Assembly: GCA_050108135.1 (NCBI GenBank)
Contig: JBNIDQ010000006.1
Span: 80,758-144,757, forward strand
Origin: Candidatus Bathyarchaeia archaeon
Lineage (GTDB): Archaea > Thermoproteota > Bathyarchaeia > Bathyarchaeales > Bathycorpusculaceae
Direction: 5' to 3'
DNA: 64,000 bases
This document shows positions 50,415 to 60,310 of the stretch, piece after piece. How positions within the stretch are numbered: the stretch's first letter is position 1; each line of letters opens with the position of its first letter. Below the pieces are notes generated by a model. That model did not search any database. It worked only from the letters and a program-made list of their open reading frames with translations, and was not told where the DNA came from. The position numbers and the translations under genes were made by a program.

Positions 50415-50522
50415 TACATAACTCACCAAAGCCAATCCTAATCTGTCATGAGTCATAATAGGCAGTATATATAATTTTGCAGATTCAGCCCTAAAAGATG
50501 GAAATTTAAGCAGAATAACTGC

Positions 50523-51578
50523 TCAATTTTTACAAAACTTTTTCAAAATAAAAAAAACGCTAAATAAACCAATTATAACACATAGCGATACAGCAATTAT
50601 GAGAAAACTGTTAAATTGATCAAAAAAGCCCGCATTATTGTTTTCAGGTATCAAGTACTTTGAGGGTTCAAAAGCAACATCATTTTTTTGTGAAAGAGGT
50701 GCTTGGTCAATCCCGCTGGCAGCATCTGCCGAATTATTGACAATATCTTTCCAAAGGTTGCTCCAAAAATTATTGATCACTGTGTTGTTTTCACTCCAAG
50801 CAAGCTCTGGGTCTCCGGAATACATAAGCCCTACTTGATTATCAATGAAGTTGTTGTTGAAAAATCGATTATTACAATTGTGACTTAAAAGGTCAACCGC
50901 AGCACCGCTACTGTTTTGGAAGTTGTTAAACAATACTTGAGAATTATTTAAGCTATAAAATCGGCCGCCGTTACAATAATTATTTGAAAAATTATTGTAG
51001 GCAAGCAAAAGATTGACAGAATCCCTCATAGTTAAGGCTGTGTCAAAATTATCGTTAAGTTGGTTTCCGATGATAAGGCAATCGATATTTCTGTAGGCCG
51101 TAATTGCTTGGAGGCCGCCAGCTAAATTGCAACTCATCACTTGAATGTTTGAACAGTTAACAAAACTAATTGCAACAAAAAAATGGCAAGCCGTGACATT
51201 TGTAATTATTATGTTGCTGGCGTTTGTTATTTGTATCAATGGCGCCGCTGTGAATTCAGGTTTCCAGTAACTAACACTTACGCTGGATGGCAAGGACATA
51301 GTGAACCCGCGTCCATCAAACACTATATCGTTTTTCTGAATTTCAAGGCTATAATTGAGGATATTTCCAGTCAAAAAAAATGTGTTGCCTGACCGCTGAA
51401 TTGGTAATGTTGACGGGCAAATTTCACCGTTACTTTTGATATAACCTTTTTCTGTTGGAACTATCTGAGGAATTATTGCGTTTGCATTTACCACAACAAT
51501 TGATTGAAAACAAATTGTACTAACCAAAAAAACACAGGATAAAAATAGCACAACTTTGTAAGTTTTCAATTTAATCAT
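50523..51578 (-). CDS. NosD/CASH-type beta-helix surface protein
   Basis: Signal peptide, YIKSNGEI..IQRSGN, IVFDGRGFT, Asn ladders, NNFWS and DQAPL motifs, C-terminal TM. Confidence 0.85.
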   Translation of the reverse strand: MIKLKTYKVVLFLSCVFLVSTICFQSIVVVNANAIIPQIVPTEKGYIKSNGEICPSTLPIQRSGNTFFLTGNILNYSLEIQKNDIVFDGRGFTMSLPSSVSVSYWKPEFTAAPLIQITNASNIIITNVTACHFFVAISFVNCSNIQVMSCNLAGGLQAITAYRNIDCLIIGNQLNDNFDTALTMRDSVNLLLAYNNFSNNYCNGGRFYSLNNSQVLFNNFQNSSGAAVDLLSHNCNNRFFNNNFIDNQVGLMYSGDPELAWSENNTVINNFWSNLWKDIVNNSADAASGIDQAPLSQKNDVAFEPSKYLIPENNNAGFFDQFNSFLIIAVSLCVIIGLFSVFFILKKFCKN

Positions 51579-51619
51579 AGCTAACCCTGTTGATTCTGGG
51601 ATATTTTATTTATTAAATT

Positions 51620-51643
51620 TTTTCGTCAAATTTTCTTGACTAA
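51620..51643 (-). promoter_or_regulatory. GTCAA-N6-TTGAC operator, copy 3
   Basis: Minus strand reads TTAGTCAAGAAAATTTGACGAAAA then AATTTAATAAAT (TATA-like). Confidence 0.75.
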
Positions 51644-51948
51644 CAGTTTTTCGACACGAAATAAAAAAGCAGCATTAACAAACATTAATTGTCCATATTC
51701 AAACCAGTAAAGGGCGTATACACATAACTATTGAGAAAATGCCAATTTTTGCCCAACAGTTCACAACAGCAAAAAACTACTTTAATAAGGGTATTTTTGA
51801 AGACTAAAATTGTTTTTATGGTTTGTTTGGGTGTTTGGTTTTTTGTGTGGAGTGTGAACTGGTTGGCGTAGGCTTTGTTTGAAGGGGTCATGCTAGTGCC
51901 CAACTGCATTGCGCTTTTCATTTGCTGTTCTGTTGCTTTACTTTTCAT

Positions 51949-52004
51949 ATCAACCTATTAGGATGCTATTAGCAGTTGTATGCAGAAACCTATAGGGGGT
52001 AGGT
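51949..52004 (+). repeat. Dispersed intergenic repeat, copy 4
   Basis: ATCAACCTATTAGGATGCTATTAGCAGTTGTATGCAGAAACCTATAGGGGGTAGGT. Confidence 0.85.
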
Positions 52005-52030
52005 TAAAATGACGCTTTTTCGAAAAACAC

Positions 52031-52059
52031 TAAGGGGGGTAGGTGCTAATGGTTGAAAA
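52031..52059 (+). repeat. Partial copy of the dispersed repeat
   Basis: TAAGGGGGGTAGGTGCTAATGGTTGAAAA, matching 33904-33930. Confidence 0.6.
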
Positions 52060-52194
52060 CAAGCGCATTAGCATGTTGAAAACCGGTAGTTTGACGCGTT
52101 TGGCGGGTTTTGTTGGTGGAATGTTTTTAGAAAAAGTTATTAGCGTAGCGTAACATTAGGCTTTCAACACCATTAATCTTTGGAAGGTTAAGTT

Positions 52195-53280
52195 ATGCCT
52201 GAAATTCGTGTAGCACTTATCGGCGTGGGCAACAGCGCTTGCGCATTGATTCAGGGAACCCAGTATTACAAGAACGCTAAAGACGGCGAAACAGTTCCCG
52301 GCCTGATGCATGTTAACTTTGGCGGATACCACATACGTGACATCAAGTTTGTAGCCGCTTTTGAAGTAAACAAAGACAAAATCGGAAAAGACCTCTCAGA
52401 AGCAATTTGGATGAAACCAAACTGCTGTGAAAAGTTCAGCGACGTTCCCAACTTGGGCGTTAAAATTTCTCCAGGCATCATCTTTGACGGTGTTGCCCCA
52501 CACATGCGTGAAACCTTCAACGTTTACGACGACAGCAACACCACAAAAGAAAGCGTCGTCCAAACCTTAAAAGACGCAAAAGCAGAAGTCCTCGTCAACT
52601 ACCTCCCAGTAGGCAGCCACGACGCAGTACGCTTCTACGCCCAATGCGCAATCGACGCAGGATGCGCTTTCGTAAACTGCATGCCAGAATTCATCGGCAG
52701 TGATGCTTCAGGTGAATGGCCCAAAAAATTCGAAAAAGCCGGCTTACCAGTCCTTGGTGACGACATTAAAAGCCAAGTTGGCGCAACCATTCTCCACCGT
52801 ACACTCGTAAAACTTTGCCTTGACCGCGGAGCAATCGTAGACGAAACATACCAGCTTAACCTAGGCGGAGACACAGACTTCCAAAACATGACCATCGAAA
52901 ACCGGCTAAAATCAAAACGTATAAGCAAAACCGAAGCAGTCACAAGCTTGGTACCATACGATCTGCCGACAAGAATCGGTCCCAGCGACTTCGTACATTT
53001 CCTTGGTAACAAAAAAATCTGTTACCTGTCAATCAAAACACGCGCTTTTGGCGACCGTCCAATAACTATCAGCGCAAAACTGGAAGTTGAAGACTCACCA
53101 AACAGCGGCGGAGTCGTCATTGACCTTATCAGGGCAGCCAAAATTGCGTTGGACCGCAAAATCTCTGGCGCACTACTTAGTATGCCTTCGTACGCGTTTA
53201 AGCATCCACCAGTTCAAGTTCCAGACAGCCAAGCACGTCAGGATACAGAAGACTGGATTGCCGGTAAACGCGAACGGTAA
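52195..53280 (+). CDS. ino1: myo-Inositol-1-phosphate synthase
   Basis: IGVGNSACAL.QG, NYLPVGS, GDDIKSQVGAT, QLNLGGDTDF, SKTEAV and EDSPNSGG motifs. Confidence 0.95.
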   Translation: MPEIRVALIGVGNSACALIQGTQYYKNAKDGETVPGLMHVNFGGYHIRDIKFVAAFEVNKDKIGKDLSEAIWMKPNCCEKFSDVPNLGVKISPGIIFDGVAPHMRETFNVYDDSNTTKESVVQTLKDAKAEVLVNYLPVGSHDAVRFYAQCAIDAGCAFVNCMPEFIGSDASGEWPKKFEKAGLPVLGDDIKSQVGATILHRTLVKLCLDRGAIVDETYQLNLGGDTDFQNMTIENRLKSKRISKTEAVTSLVPYDLPTRIGPSDFVHFLGNKKICYLSIKTRAFGDRPITISAKLEVEDSPNSGGVVIDLIRAAKIALDRKISGALLSMPSYAFKHPPVQVPDSQARQDTEDWIAGKRER

Positions 53281-53376
53281 AATTTTTTTTTCTTTTCTTT
53301 TTTGTTAACACTTTTAAGCAGGAAAGCTTAGATTTTAGCTTAACTTAATTATTATATCGTTAGAAGGTTTAGTTAC

Positions 53377-53793
53377 ATGGTTAAAGTTGAAGGATACGAT
53401 GTTCCTGAAGGATTGTATTATTCGAAAGATTTTGCATGGTTAAAAGTTGAAGATGATAAAATCCGTGTCGGAATCACTGATTACGCTCAAAAAGCTTTAC
53501 GTGAAATAGTTTACGCAGAATTGCCTGACGCAGACACTGAAGTTAAACAGAACGAGCCGTACGGAACTCTTGAATCCGTCAAAGCAGTATCTGACCTGGT
53601 TGCTCCAGCAAGTGGAGTTATCGTGGAAGTTAACGAGGAAGTCCTCTCAAAACCTGAAACATTAAACGAGGATCCATACGGCAAAGCATGGTTGCTCATC
53701 ATAAAACCATCTGACCTGCAAGCAGAACTCGCAAACCTGATGAACTTCAACCAAGCAGTTGAATGGCACAAAGCTCAAGCCCAAGGAAAATAA
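53377..53793 (+). CDS. gcvH: Glycine cleavage system H protein (lipoyl carrier)
   Basis: VGITDYAQ, ESVKAVSD (lipoyl-Lys) and NEDPYG..W motifs. Confidence 0.93.
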   Translation: MVKVEGYDVPEGLYYSKDFAWLKVEDDKIRVGITDYAQKALREIVYAELPDADTEVKQNEPYGTLESVKAVSDLVAPASGVIVEVNEEVLSKPETLNEDPYGKAWLLIIKPSDLQAELANLMNFNQAVEWHKAQAQGK

Positions 53794-53812
53794 ACGCTGA
53801 AGGCAACGGGAA

Positions 53813-55159
53813 ATGCCAAACAAAATAGTTATCATCGGCGCAAACGCAGCTGGAGTTGACGCAGCTTCTGCAGCAAGAAAAAAAGACCGAACTGCAGAAA
53901 TCACTTTAATCACAAAAGAAAAAACTGCCGGTTACTCCCGATGCGGCTTGCCCTTTGTTATCGGAGGGGCAATTCCCCAATTCAAAGACCTCATAGTTTA
54001 TCCTCCAGCATATTTTCAAATGCTTAAACTAAACCTACGCACCCAAACAACCGCCACATTCATCAACACCAAAGAAAAAACCGTCACAACACAAACCCCA
54101 GAAGGCACAACCGAAACCGTACCTTACGACCGCCTAATAATTTCAACAGGCGCAGACCCCTTTATGCCGCCAATTAAAGGCAAAGAAAAACCCGGCATCC
54201 TAACCCTGCGCGACATTGAAGATGGCGAAAAAATTGATGCTGCCATTAAAGCGGGCGCGAAATCAGCTATTATTATGGGTGCGGGCTTAATCGGCTTGGA
54301 ACTTGGCGTTGCTCTCATAGAGCGTGGATTACAGGTGACTGTTGTTGAAATGTTGCCGCAGATTTTGCCTCAAATGCTTGACAAGGACATGGCAAAACTT
54401 GTTCAGGAGCACCTAGAGCAGAAAGGCATGAAAATCCTGCTAAACAAAATCGTCGAAGAAATTCTTGGCGAAGACAAAGTCACGGCAATACGGGCAAGCG
54501 GTGAAACCTTGACGGCAGACATGTTTGTTAGCGCTTTTGGAGTTCGGGCTAACACGAAGCTTGCATTTGACTCGGGCATACCTTTAGGGGAAACACGCGC
54601 AATTAAAACTAACTCGCAAATGGAAACGGATATAAAAGATGTTTATGCAGTTGGCGACTGCGCCGAAACCACGCACATTTTAACTCACAGACCTATTTGT
54701 CCTCAACTTGGAACCGTCGCGGTACGGGAAGGCAAAGTTGCAGGCACAAACGCTGGCGGAGCCAGCTCCCAATTCACAGGCGTTCTGGTTTCAGTAATTA
54801 CAATGCTCTTTGATATCCAAGCAGGCGCAACAGGCATAAGCGAAACAGCCGCAGCAAAAAACAACATAGACGTAGTAGTAGGAACAATCAGCAGCAAAAC
54901 CAAAGCAGACTATTACCCCACAGCAAAACCCATCAAAGTAAAATTAATCGTGGAAAAAGAGTCCGAACACATCATCGGCGCCCAAATCGTTGGCGGAGAA
55001 GAAGTAACCCAACGCATCAATGCATTATCTTTTGCGATTCAGAAGCAGATGACTGTGAGAGAGCTTGCTAAAGCAGATACGGCGTATGCGCCGCCAATGT
55101 GTGAAACTTGGGAGCCAATGGTTTTAGCTGCAGAAATGGTTTTAATGAAACTACGCTAA
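53813..55159 (+). CDS. FAD-dependent NAD(P)H oxidase / CoA-disulfide reductase family flavoprotein
   Basis: IIGANAAG, single redox Cys in YSRCGLP, GAGLIGLE, YAVGDC and DTAYAPP motifs. Confidence 0.88.
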   Translation: MPNKIVIIGANAAGVDAASAARKKDRTAEITLITKEKTAGYSRCGLPFVIGGAIPQFKDLIVYPPAYFQMLKLNLRTQTTATFINTKEKTVTTQTPEGTTETVPYDRLIISTGADPFMPPIKGKEKPGILTLRDIEDGEKIDAAIKAGAKSAIIMGAGLIGLELGVALIERGLQVTVVEMLPQILPQMLDKDMAKLVQEHLEQKGMKILLNKIVEEILGEDKVTAIRASGETLTADMFVSAFGVRANTKLAFDSGIPLGETRAIKTNSQMETDIKDVYAVGDCAETTHILTHRPICPQLGTVAVREGKVAGTNAGGASSQFTGVLVSVITMLFDIQAGATGISETAAAKNNIDVVVGTISSKTKADYYPTAKPIKVKLIVEKESEHIIGAQIVGGEEVTQRINALSFAIQKQMTVRELAKADTAYAPPMCETWEPMVLAAEMVLMKLR

Positions 55160-55206
55160 ACCTCTGCTTCCTTTTCAGCTTTTTTGGCCTGAAAAAGGGT
55201 TTTTCT

Positions 55207-55259
55207 ACCTGCCCCCTATAGGTTTCTGTATACTATTTCTAATAGGCTCCAAAAGGTTG
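55207..55259 (-). repeat. Dispersed intergenic repeat, copy 5 (inverted)
   Basis: Reverse complement reads CAACCTTTTGGAGCCTATTAGAAATAGTATACAGAAACCTATAGGGGGCAGGT. Confidence 0.85.
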
Positions 55260-55289
55260 GTAAAGAATCGTTTACCCGGTCATTTCAGC

Positions 55290-56057
55290 TTAGATGGTTC
55301 CTGAGGAGTTCCATAGAAACTGGAAATATTCTCGTGCAAACCCAACAACGCCAACGTGGGCACTCCAAATGACAAGGTTCGGTTTATCATCACCCAAAAA
55401 CAACATAGCTTCTTTGCCGTCAACAATGATGCCGCCTCCAAACATGTGGTCACGCAACCGTACCTCGTTTATGCCAGTATATTTTTTAAGAGATACCCAA
55501 TCCTCACGTTTACCTGCAGCCATGAATTGAATATTCACGTTCTTTTTTAGGCTATTAAACAAGGGGTCAGCTAACGCGATTATGGGTTTGGCAAATTCGG
55601 GGGCTGCAACAACAATTTCTTTAGACGCCATTTTTAGCATTTCTTCAAGTTTGGCTAAAACTGCTTGTTGGCCTCGGAGAATGAGCATTTCGGGGCGTTC
55701 AACAATTTCTTTTTGCTCATAGAGCGGCTGTAGGTTTTCGGCAACAATGTTTTCCCAACCTACATACTTGTCTTCCAGGCGTAGTTTGGTGAATCGTGTT
55801 GCTTCTATTGGTGGTACGGGGTAATATTTGGTGGGTCTGGATTCTCCGCTTTTTATCCAGCCTTTTTCTTTAAGTGAGTTGAGGACCTCGTAGATTTTGC
55901 TGTATGGCACTTGGGCTTTTTCGCTGATTTCCATGGCGGTCATTTCTCCGCCCTCGAGCAGCGTGACGTAGGCGTCGATTTCGTAAGCGTTTAAACCCAT
56001 CTCATGTAGTGTAGTTCGTGTGTTCTCATTAATTGACATGGTTTTCCCCTCAATCAC
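55290..56057 (-). CDS. TrmB-family transcriptional regulator
   Basis: GLNAYE..AY..LL, VPYSKIYEVL.SL..KGW and RP.KYYPV motifs, plus a C-terminal PLD-like domain (IVDGKEA). Confidence 0.92.
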   Translation of the reverse strand: MIEGKTMSINENTRTTLHEMGLNAYEIDAYVTLLEGGEMTAMEISEKAQVPYSKIYEVLNSLKEKGWIKSGESRPTKYYPVPPIEATRFTKLRLEDKYVGWENIVAENLQPLYEQKEIVERPEMLILRGQQAVLAKLEEMLKMASKEIVVAAPEFAKPIIALADPLFNSLKKNVNIQFMAAGKREDWVSLKKYTGINEVRLRDHMFGGGIIVDGKEAMLFLGDDKPNLVIWSAHVGVVGFAREYFQFLWNSSGTI

Positions 56058-56146
56058 CGTAGGAAACTTCTGGAAACATTATTATTGTAATTTTGGTTCT
56101 TAAGAGCTTCTACAAAAACGCTTACATGTTAGAAGGCACTTTGAAA

Positions 56147-57637
56147 ATGAAAGATATCAAAACTACAAGAAGCATTTGCCCTGAATGCCTAAAAGCGCTT
56201 GATGCAACAATTTACGAAGACGAAGGAAAAGTCTTCATTAAAAAAACCTGCCCAGAACATGGGTCATTCAATGAACTTTACTGGGGCGACTACGACCAGT
56301 ACGTGCGTGCAGAAAAATTCCGTTTCGACGGAGATGGAATGGCTAACCCACGCACCGAGAAAAAAGGCGGCTGCCCACTTGACTGTGGCATCTGTCCCGA
56401 ACACAAATCACATACTGCACTTGCAATTATTGACATAACCAACAGGTGCAACCTAACCTGCCCAGTCTGTTTCGCCAACGCTACAGCAGCAGGCTACGTG
56501 TATGAACCAACAAAAGAACAAGTTTACGGCATGCTTGAAAACCTGCGTGCCAACAAGCCAGTCCCCGCAACTGCACTTCAGTTTTCTGGTGGCGAACCAA
56601 CAATCCGAAAAGAGCTTCCAGATTTTATACGTAAAGCCAAAGAACTCGGCTTTAGTCATGTAGAAGTAAACACCAACGGTTTACGTATCTCTCAAAGTGT
56701 GGAATATGCTAAAGAGCTCAAAGCTGCCGGAGTAAGCACAATTTATCTGCAGTTTGACGGTTTAACTTCAGATGTTTACAAATTCATACGCGGCGTAGAC
56801 CTTCTTAACATAAAAATGAAGGCAATAGAAAACCTGCGTCAGGCAGGTCTTGATAGCATTGTCCTCGTAGTCACGCTTGTTAAAGGAGTAAACGATCAGC
56901 AACTTGGTGACATCATTAATTTTGCCGCCAAAAACTTCGATGTTGTCCGCTGCGTGAACGTTCAACCAGTTAGCCTATGTGGACGCCTTCCAGCCCAAGA
57001 AAGAGAAAAAATGCGCATCACCATAACTGACTTCATGAAAAATGTTGAAGAGCAAACAAACGGCGTCGTAAAAGCATCAGACTTTTACCCAGTGCCCACT
57101 GTTGCTCCAGTCTCAAAAGCAGTAGGCGCACTCAAAGATAGAAGATACATCGAATTCACAGCGCATCCACACTGCGGAATGGCAACTTACCTGCTTGTTG
57201 AAAACGGCAAAATTACGCCAATCACGAAACTGGCAAATGTTGACAAATTCGTTGCAACTATGAAAAAAGTTTACGAGTTAGCATCAAAAGGTAACAAGAC
57301 CGAAGCTAAACTTCGTTTAGCCGGAGCAGCACGCCATGTCAAATTTGGGTTCATGCGTAAATATGTTTTAGGTGTACTAACAAAAGGCGACTACAAATCC
57401 CTTGGTGACCTGCAAAGAAAATCTTTACTACTTACATCAATGCACTTCATGGATCCATACAACTTTGACCTTGAACGTGTTCAACGCTGCTTAATCCACT
57501 ATGCTGTTCCAGATGGCCGCATCATACCTTTCTGTACAATGAACTCTATTCACCGTCAGGAAATTGAAAAGAAACTTGGCGTTCCAATCAAAGAATGGAA
57601 AGAGCAGCATAAGGTTGAAATAACTCAGCCATTCTAG
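56147..57637 (+). CDS. tes: Radical SAM enzyme of the MJ0619/tetraether synthase (Tes, GDGT-MAS) family
   Basis: N-terminal CPECL and CPEHG zinc ribbon, GCPLDCGICPEH, DITNRCNLTCPVCFA (CX3CX2C), HPHCG, RC.IHY and IPFC, as in the MJ0619 architecture. Likely ATG at 56147; the track starts at TTG 56093. Confidence 0.82.
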   Translation: MKDIKTTRSICPECLKALDATIYEDEGKVFIKKTCPEHGSFNELYWGDYDQYVRAEKFRFDGDGMANPRTEKKGGCPLDCGICPEHKSHTALAIIDITNRCNLTCPVCFANATAAGYVYEPTKEQVYGMLENLRANKPVPATALQFSGGEPTIRKELPDFIRKAKELGFSHVEVNTNGLRISQSVEYAKELKAAGVSTIYLQFDGLTSDVYKFIRGVDLLNIKMKAIENLRQAGLDSIVLVVTLVKGVNDQQLGDIINFAAKNFDVVRCVNVQPVSLCGRLPAQEREKMRITITDFMKNVEEQTNGVVKASDFYPVPTVAPVSKAVGALKDRRYIEFTAHPHCGMATYLLVENGKITPITKLANVDKFVATMKKVYELASKGNKTEAKLRLAGAARHVKFGFMRKYVLGVLTKGDYKSLGDLQRKSLLLTSMHFMDPYNFDLERVQRCLIHYAVPDGRIIPFCTMNSIHRQEIEKKLGVPIKEWKEQHKVEITQPF

Positions 57638-57663
57638 AAGAACGGAAATATCAAATTAATAGG

Positions 57664-58008
57664 TTGAAAAAAGTTATGGGCGGAAAAAAGAAGCTCGGCA
57701 TTAAACAGATGGAAAAGCAGCAAGTGAAAACTGACGAAGACAAAGCTGCAAAAGAAGCAAAGAAGAAAGAGAAAGCAGGACCTCCACGTGAAAAGAAGCA
57801 ATTAGCAATCCTGCCACCTGACGTAAAAGACCAAAAAATTGTTGCTGAAGTCAAAAAGATGGGTGCATTGACACCTTATGTTGTTGCAACACGTTACGGT
57901 GTACGTATCAGTGCAGCTAAAGACTTTCTAGAGCAGCTTGAAGCAGCTGGTCATATTCAGCTTGTCTCAGGCAGCCACAGCCTAAAAATCTACAAAGCCG
58001 CAGCTTAA
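57664..58008 (+). CDS. rps25e: 30S ribosomal protein S25e
   Basis: Lys-rich N-terminus and wHTH pattern LTPY.VA.RYGVRISAAK..L..L...G.I...S.....IY. Confidence 0.85.
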   Translation: MKKVMGGKKKLGIKQMEKQQVKTDEDKAAKEAKKKEKAGPPREKKQLAILPPDVKDQKIVAEVKKMGALTPYVVATRYGVRISAAKDFLEQLEAAGHIQLVSGSHSLKIYKAAA

Positions 58009-58081
58009 AAACTGCGAAACTTTCTTAAATCTTCTTACTATTCTACATACTAACTATACTGACGAGTGTAGGTTATTCTTT

Positions 58082-58561
58082 ATGAGTTTTCCACAAAAAC
58101 TGTACACAACAAAAGAAGTATGTGCAGCCAAAGAATTAATTAATCAAGGCTACAAACACGAGTTATCTGTTGATGGCTCCCCTGATTTTAAATCCAAAGT
58201 ACACCAAGCGTTGGAACACCTAAAAACAGCTGGCTACTACGATTTTCTCAGAACCTACGTTAAAGAAATAACAGAAATAGACGGCATAACGCAACTCCGG
58301 GAGACAGAGGTTTCTATTTGGGCAAACCAGTACGCCGTAGACAACCCAGTTGACGCTGCCAGCTTATTGGTTCAGAAAGCTTTCAGTATGAAAGAGTATC
58401 TTGACGGAGAACTTTACTATGGGGGAAACGCAGAAAAACGTTCTGTAGTAAAACGCATAGAGTTCTTGCAAGCGTTAAAAGAAAAAACTGCTGACCCCAC
58501 CGTAAAGGAAGAGTGCCAGCGACTACTCGATTTATGGGCTGAAAGCTCATTGTCCTTCTAA
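58082..58561 (+). CDS. Conserved hypothetical protein
   Basis: 159-aa ATG ORF downstream of rps25e. Confidence 0.7.
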   Translation: MSFPQKLYTTKEVCAAKELINQGYKHELSVDGSPDFKSKVHQALEHLKTAGYYDFLRTYVKEITEIDGITQLRETEVSIWANQYAVDNPVDAASLLVQKAFSMKEYLDGELYYGGNAEKRSVVKRIEFLQALKEKTADPTVKEECQRLLDLWAESSLSF

Positions 58562-58975
58562 AGAAGGACTTTCCTGACTCGCAGTACTTGGCAGTACCTC
58601 AACCTTTACTGCTGTTCCACTTTTTGCTTTTTTAAACAAGTCCAAGTTTTTAGTGATTTTTCCAAGTATACTTACTGGACTGTAGGGTTGTGATTGCCCG
58701 TAAAACACGCACAACGCGCTGCCCATTGGCCAAAATGCGATGGTGCCTGTTTCAACTGTTCGTTTGGCTTTTTCTTCGCCCATTTTGATTGGTATCTCAA
58801 AATAAATTTCTTCTTTATACAAAGCTATTCTGCCTACTATGGGCAGTTTTCTTACAATCATGTCGATGGTTCTTGGCGCTTTGAACCTGACTAATTCGCC
58901 TTCTGCTTCACCTAAACCTTCAAGGATGAATTTTATTCTTATACGAGAGATATCTTCTTCGGAACTCAAATCCAT
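58547..58975 (-). CDS. Cyclophilin-like fold protein (TM1367/DUF369-like)
   Basis: APRT...IV..LPI, EEIYFEIP, G.IAFWP.G.ALC.FYG and SPVSILG motifs. Confidence 0.8.
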   Translation of the reverse strand: MDLSSEEDISRIRIKFILEGLGEAEGELVRFKAPRTIDMIVRKLPIVGRIALYKEEIYFEIPIKMGEEKAKRTVETGTIAFWPMGSALCVFYGQSQPYSPVSILGKITKNLDLFKKAKSGTAVKVEVLPSTASQESPSLEGQ

Positions 58976-59133
58976 GCAGCCTCAAGAGAAAATCCTCCAA
59001 TTTTTTTTGGAGAATAGTATATTGATACTCAAGGTGCATATTTAACTCTTACACTAAAAACTCCAGTTGAATGCAAAACAAAAGAAAAAGCATCAAAAAA
59101 GCAAAAAAAGTCAAAAAACCGGAAAAAACAGAA

Positions 59134-60237
59134 TTAAAGTAAAGCTAAAAGTGTCCTGCCAATATAGTCGATTTGTTCGCTGGTCACGTTTGGGTGAACA
59201 GGTAAACTGAACACTTGTTTTGCTGCTTTCTCGGTTTCTGGTAGGGCTCTGCTTCTGAAATTGTCACGGTAGAACTCCATTGTGTGTACGGGGTTAACGT
59301 AGTAGGCTTCAGCGCCGATTTCTTTTTGTTTTAGTTCTTTAAGGATAAGGTTGCGTTCCTCTTCTGTGCCATCAACTAGTTTTACAGTGTAGAGGTACCA
59401 ACTGTGATTGTTTGCTTCTGTTTCGGTTGGCAGTTTAAGACGTTTAGACTTTTGAAGTATTGTTGAAAGTTGTTGGGCGTTCTGGCGACGTTTCGCAACA
59501 AACGAAGGCAGCTTTCCCAGTTGCACTATGCCTATGGCGGCTTCAAGTTCAGGCATACGGTAATTATTTCCCATAAGAATTGACGTGTACTTTGCTTTTT
59601 CTCCGTGATTCCTAATCAACCGCAACGTTTCATCAATCTTGTCATCGTCAGTTGTGATCATGCCGCCTTCACCTGTAGTAATGTTTTTGCTTGCATACAA
59701 GCTCCAGCATGCAGCATCCGCGTATGAACCCGCCGGTTTGCCATGATAAGTTGTTCCATGTGCCTGAGCAGCATCCTCAAGCAAAGCCAAACCATGCTTT
59801 TCCGCAATTTCCCGAAGTGGCTTCATGTCTGCTGAGTAACCATACAAGTCAACAGGCAAAATGGCACGGGTTTTGCTGGTTATGGCTTTCTCTACGTCTT
59901 GAGGTGAAAGCGTGTAGGTTTCCGGGTCAATGTCTGCAAAAACCGGTTTCGCTCCAGCAAAAACTACTGATTCAGCTGTAGCTACAAACGTGAAACTTGG
60001 AACAATAACTTCGTCACCATGTTTAACGCCGACTGCTAAAAGTGCCGCGTTTAAGGCTGCGGTTCCATTATTAACCGCAACTGCATGTTTTACGCCTGCA
60101 AATTTAGCATAATTTTTTTCAAATTCTAAGACTTTTGGGCCTTGACCTAACGCGTTGGTTAATGGTCCTTTTCGCATAACTTCTAAGGCTGCTTGGGCTT
60201 CTTCTTCCCCAGTTTTAGGCATGTTAATCGGAATCAC
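59134..60237 (-). CDS. DegT/DnrJ/EryC1/StrS aminotransferase
   Basis: NGTAAL, PSFTFVAT, PVDLYG, EDAAQAHG, S..ASKNITTGEGG and SLPVHP motifs. Confidence 0.93.
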   Translation of the reverse strand: MIPINMPKTGEEEAQAALEVMRKGPLTNALGQGPKVLEFEKNYAKFAGVKHAVAVNNGTAALNAALLAVGVKHGDEVIVPSFTFVATAESVVFAGAKPVFADIDPETYTLSPQDVEKAITSKTRAILPVDLYGYSADMKPLREIAEKHGLALLEDAAQAHGTTYHGKPAGSYADAACWSLYASKNITTGEGGMITTDDDKIDETLRLIRNHGEKAKYTSILMGNNYRMPELEAAIGIVQLGKLPSFVAKRRQNAQQLSTILQKSKRLKLPTETEANNHSWYLYTVKLVDGTEEERNLILKELKQKEIGAEAYYVNPVHTMEFYRDNFRSRALPETEKAAKQVFSLPVHPNVTSEQIDYIGRTLLALL

Positions 60238-60310
60238 TTTTTAACTCACCAGATTTAAGAAAAGGAGAAGGCAGGCTTACTATTTTAGGGTTTCACAAAG
60301 ACGCCTGGGT

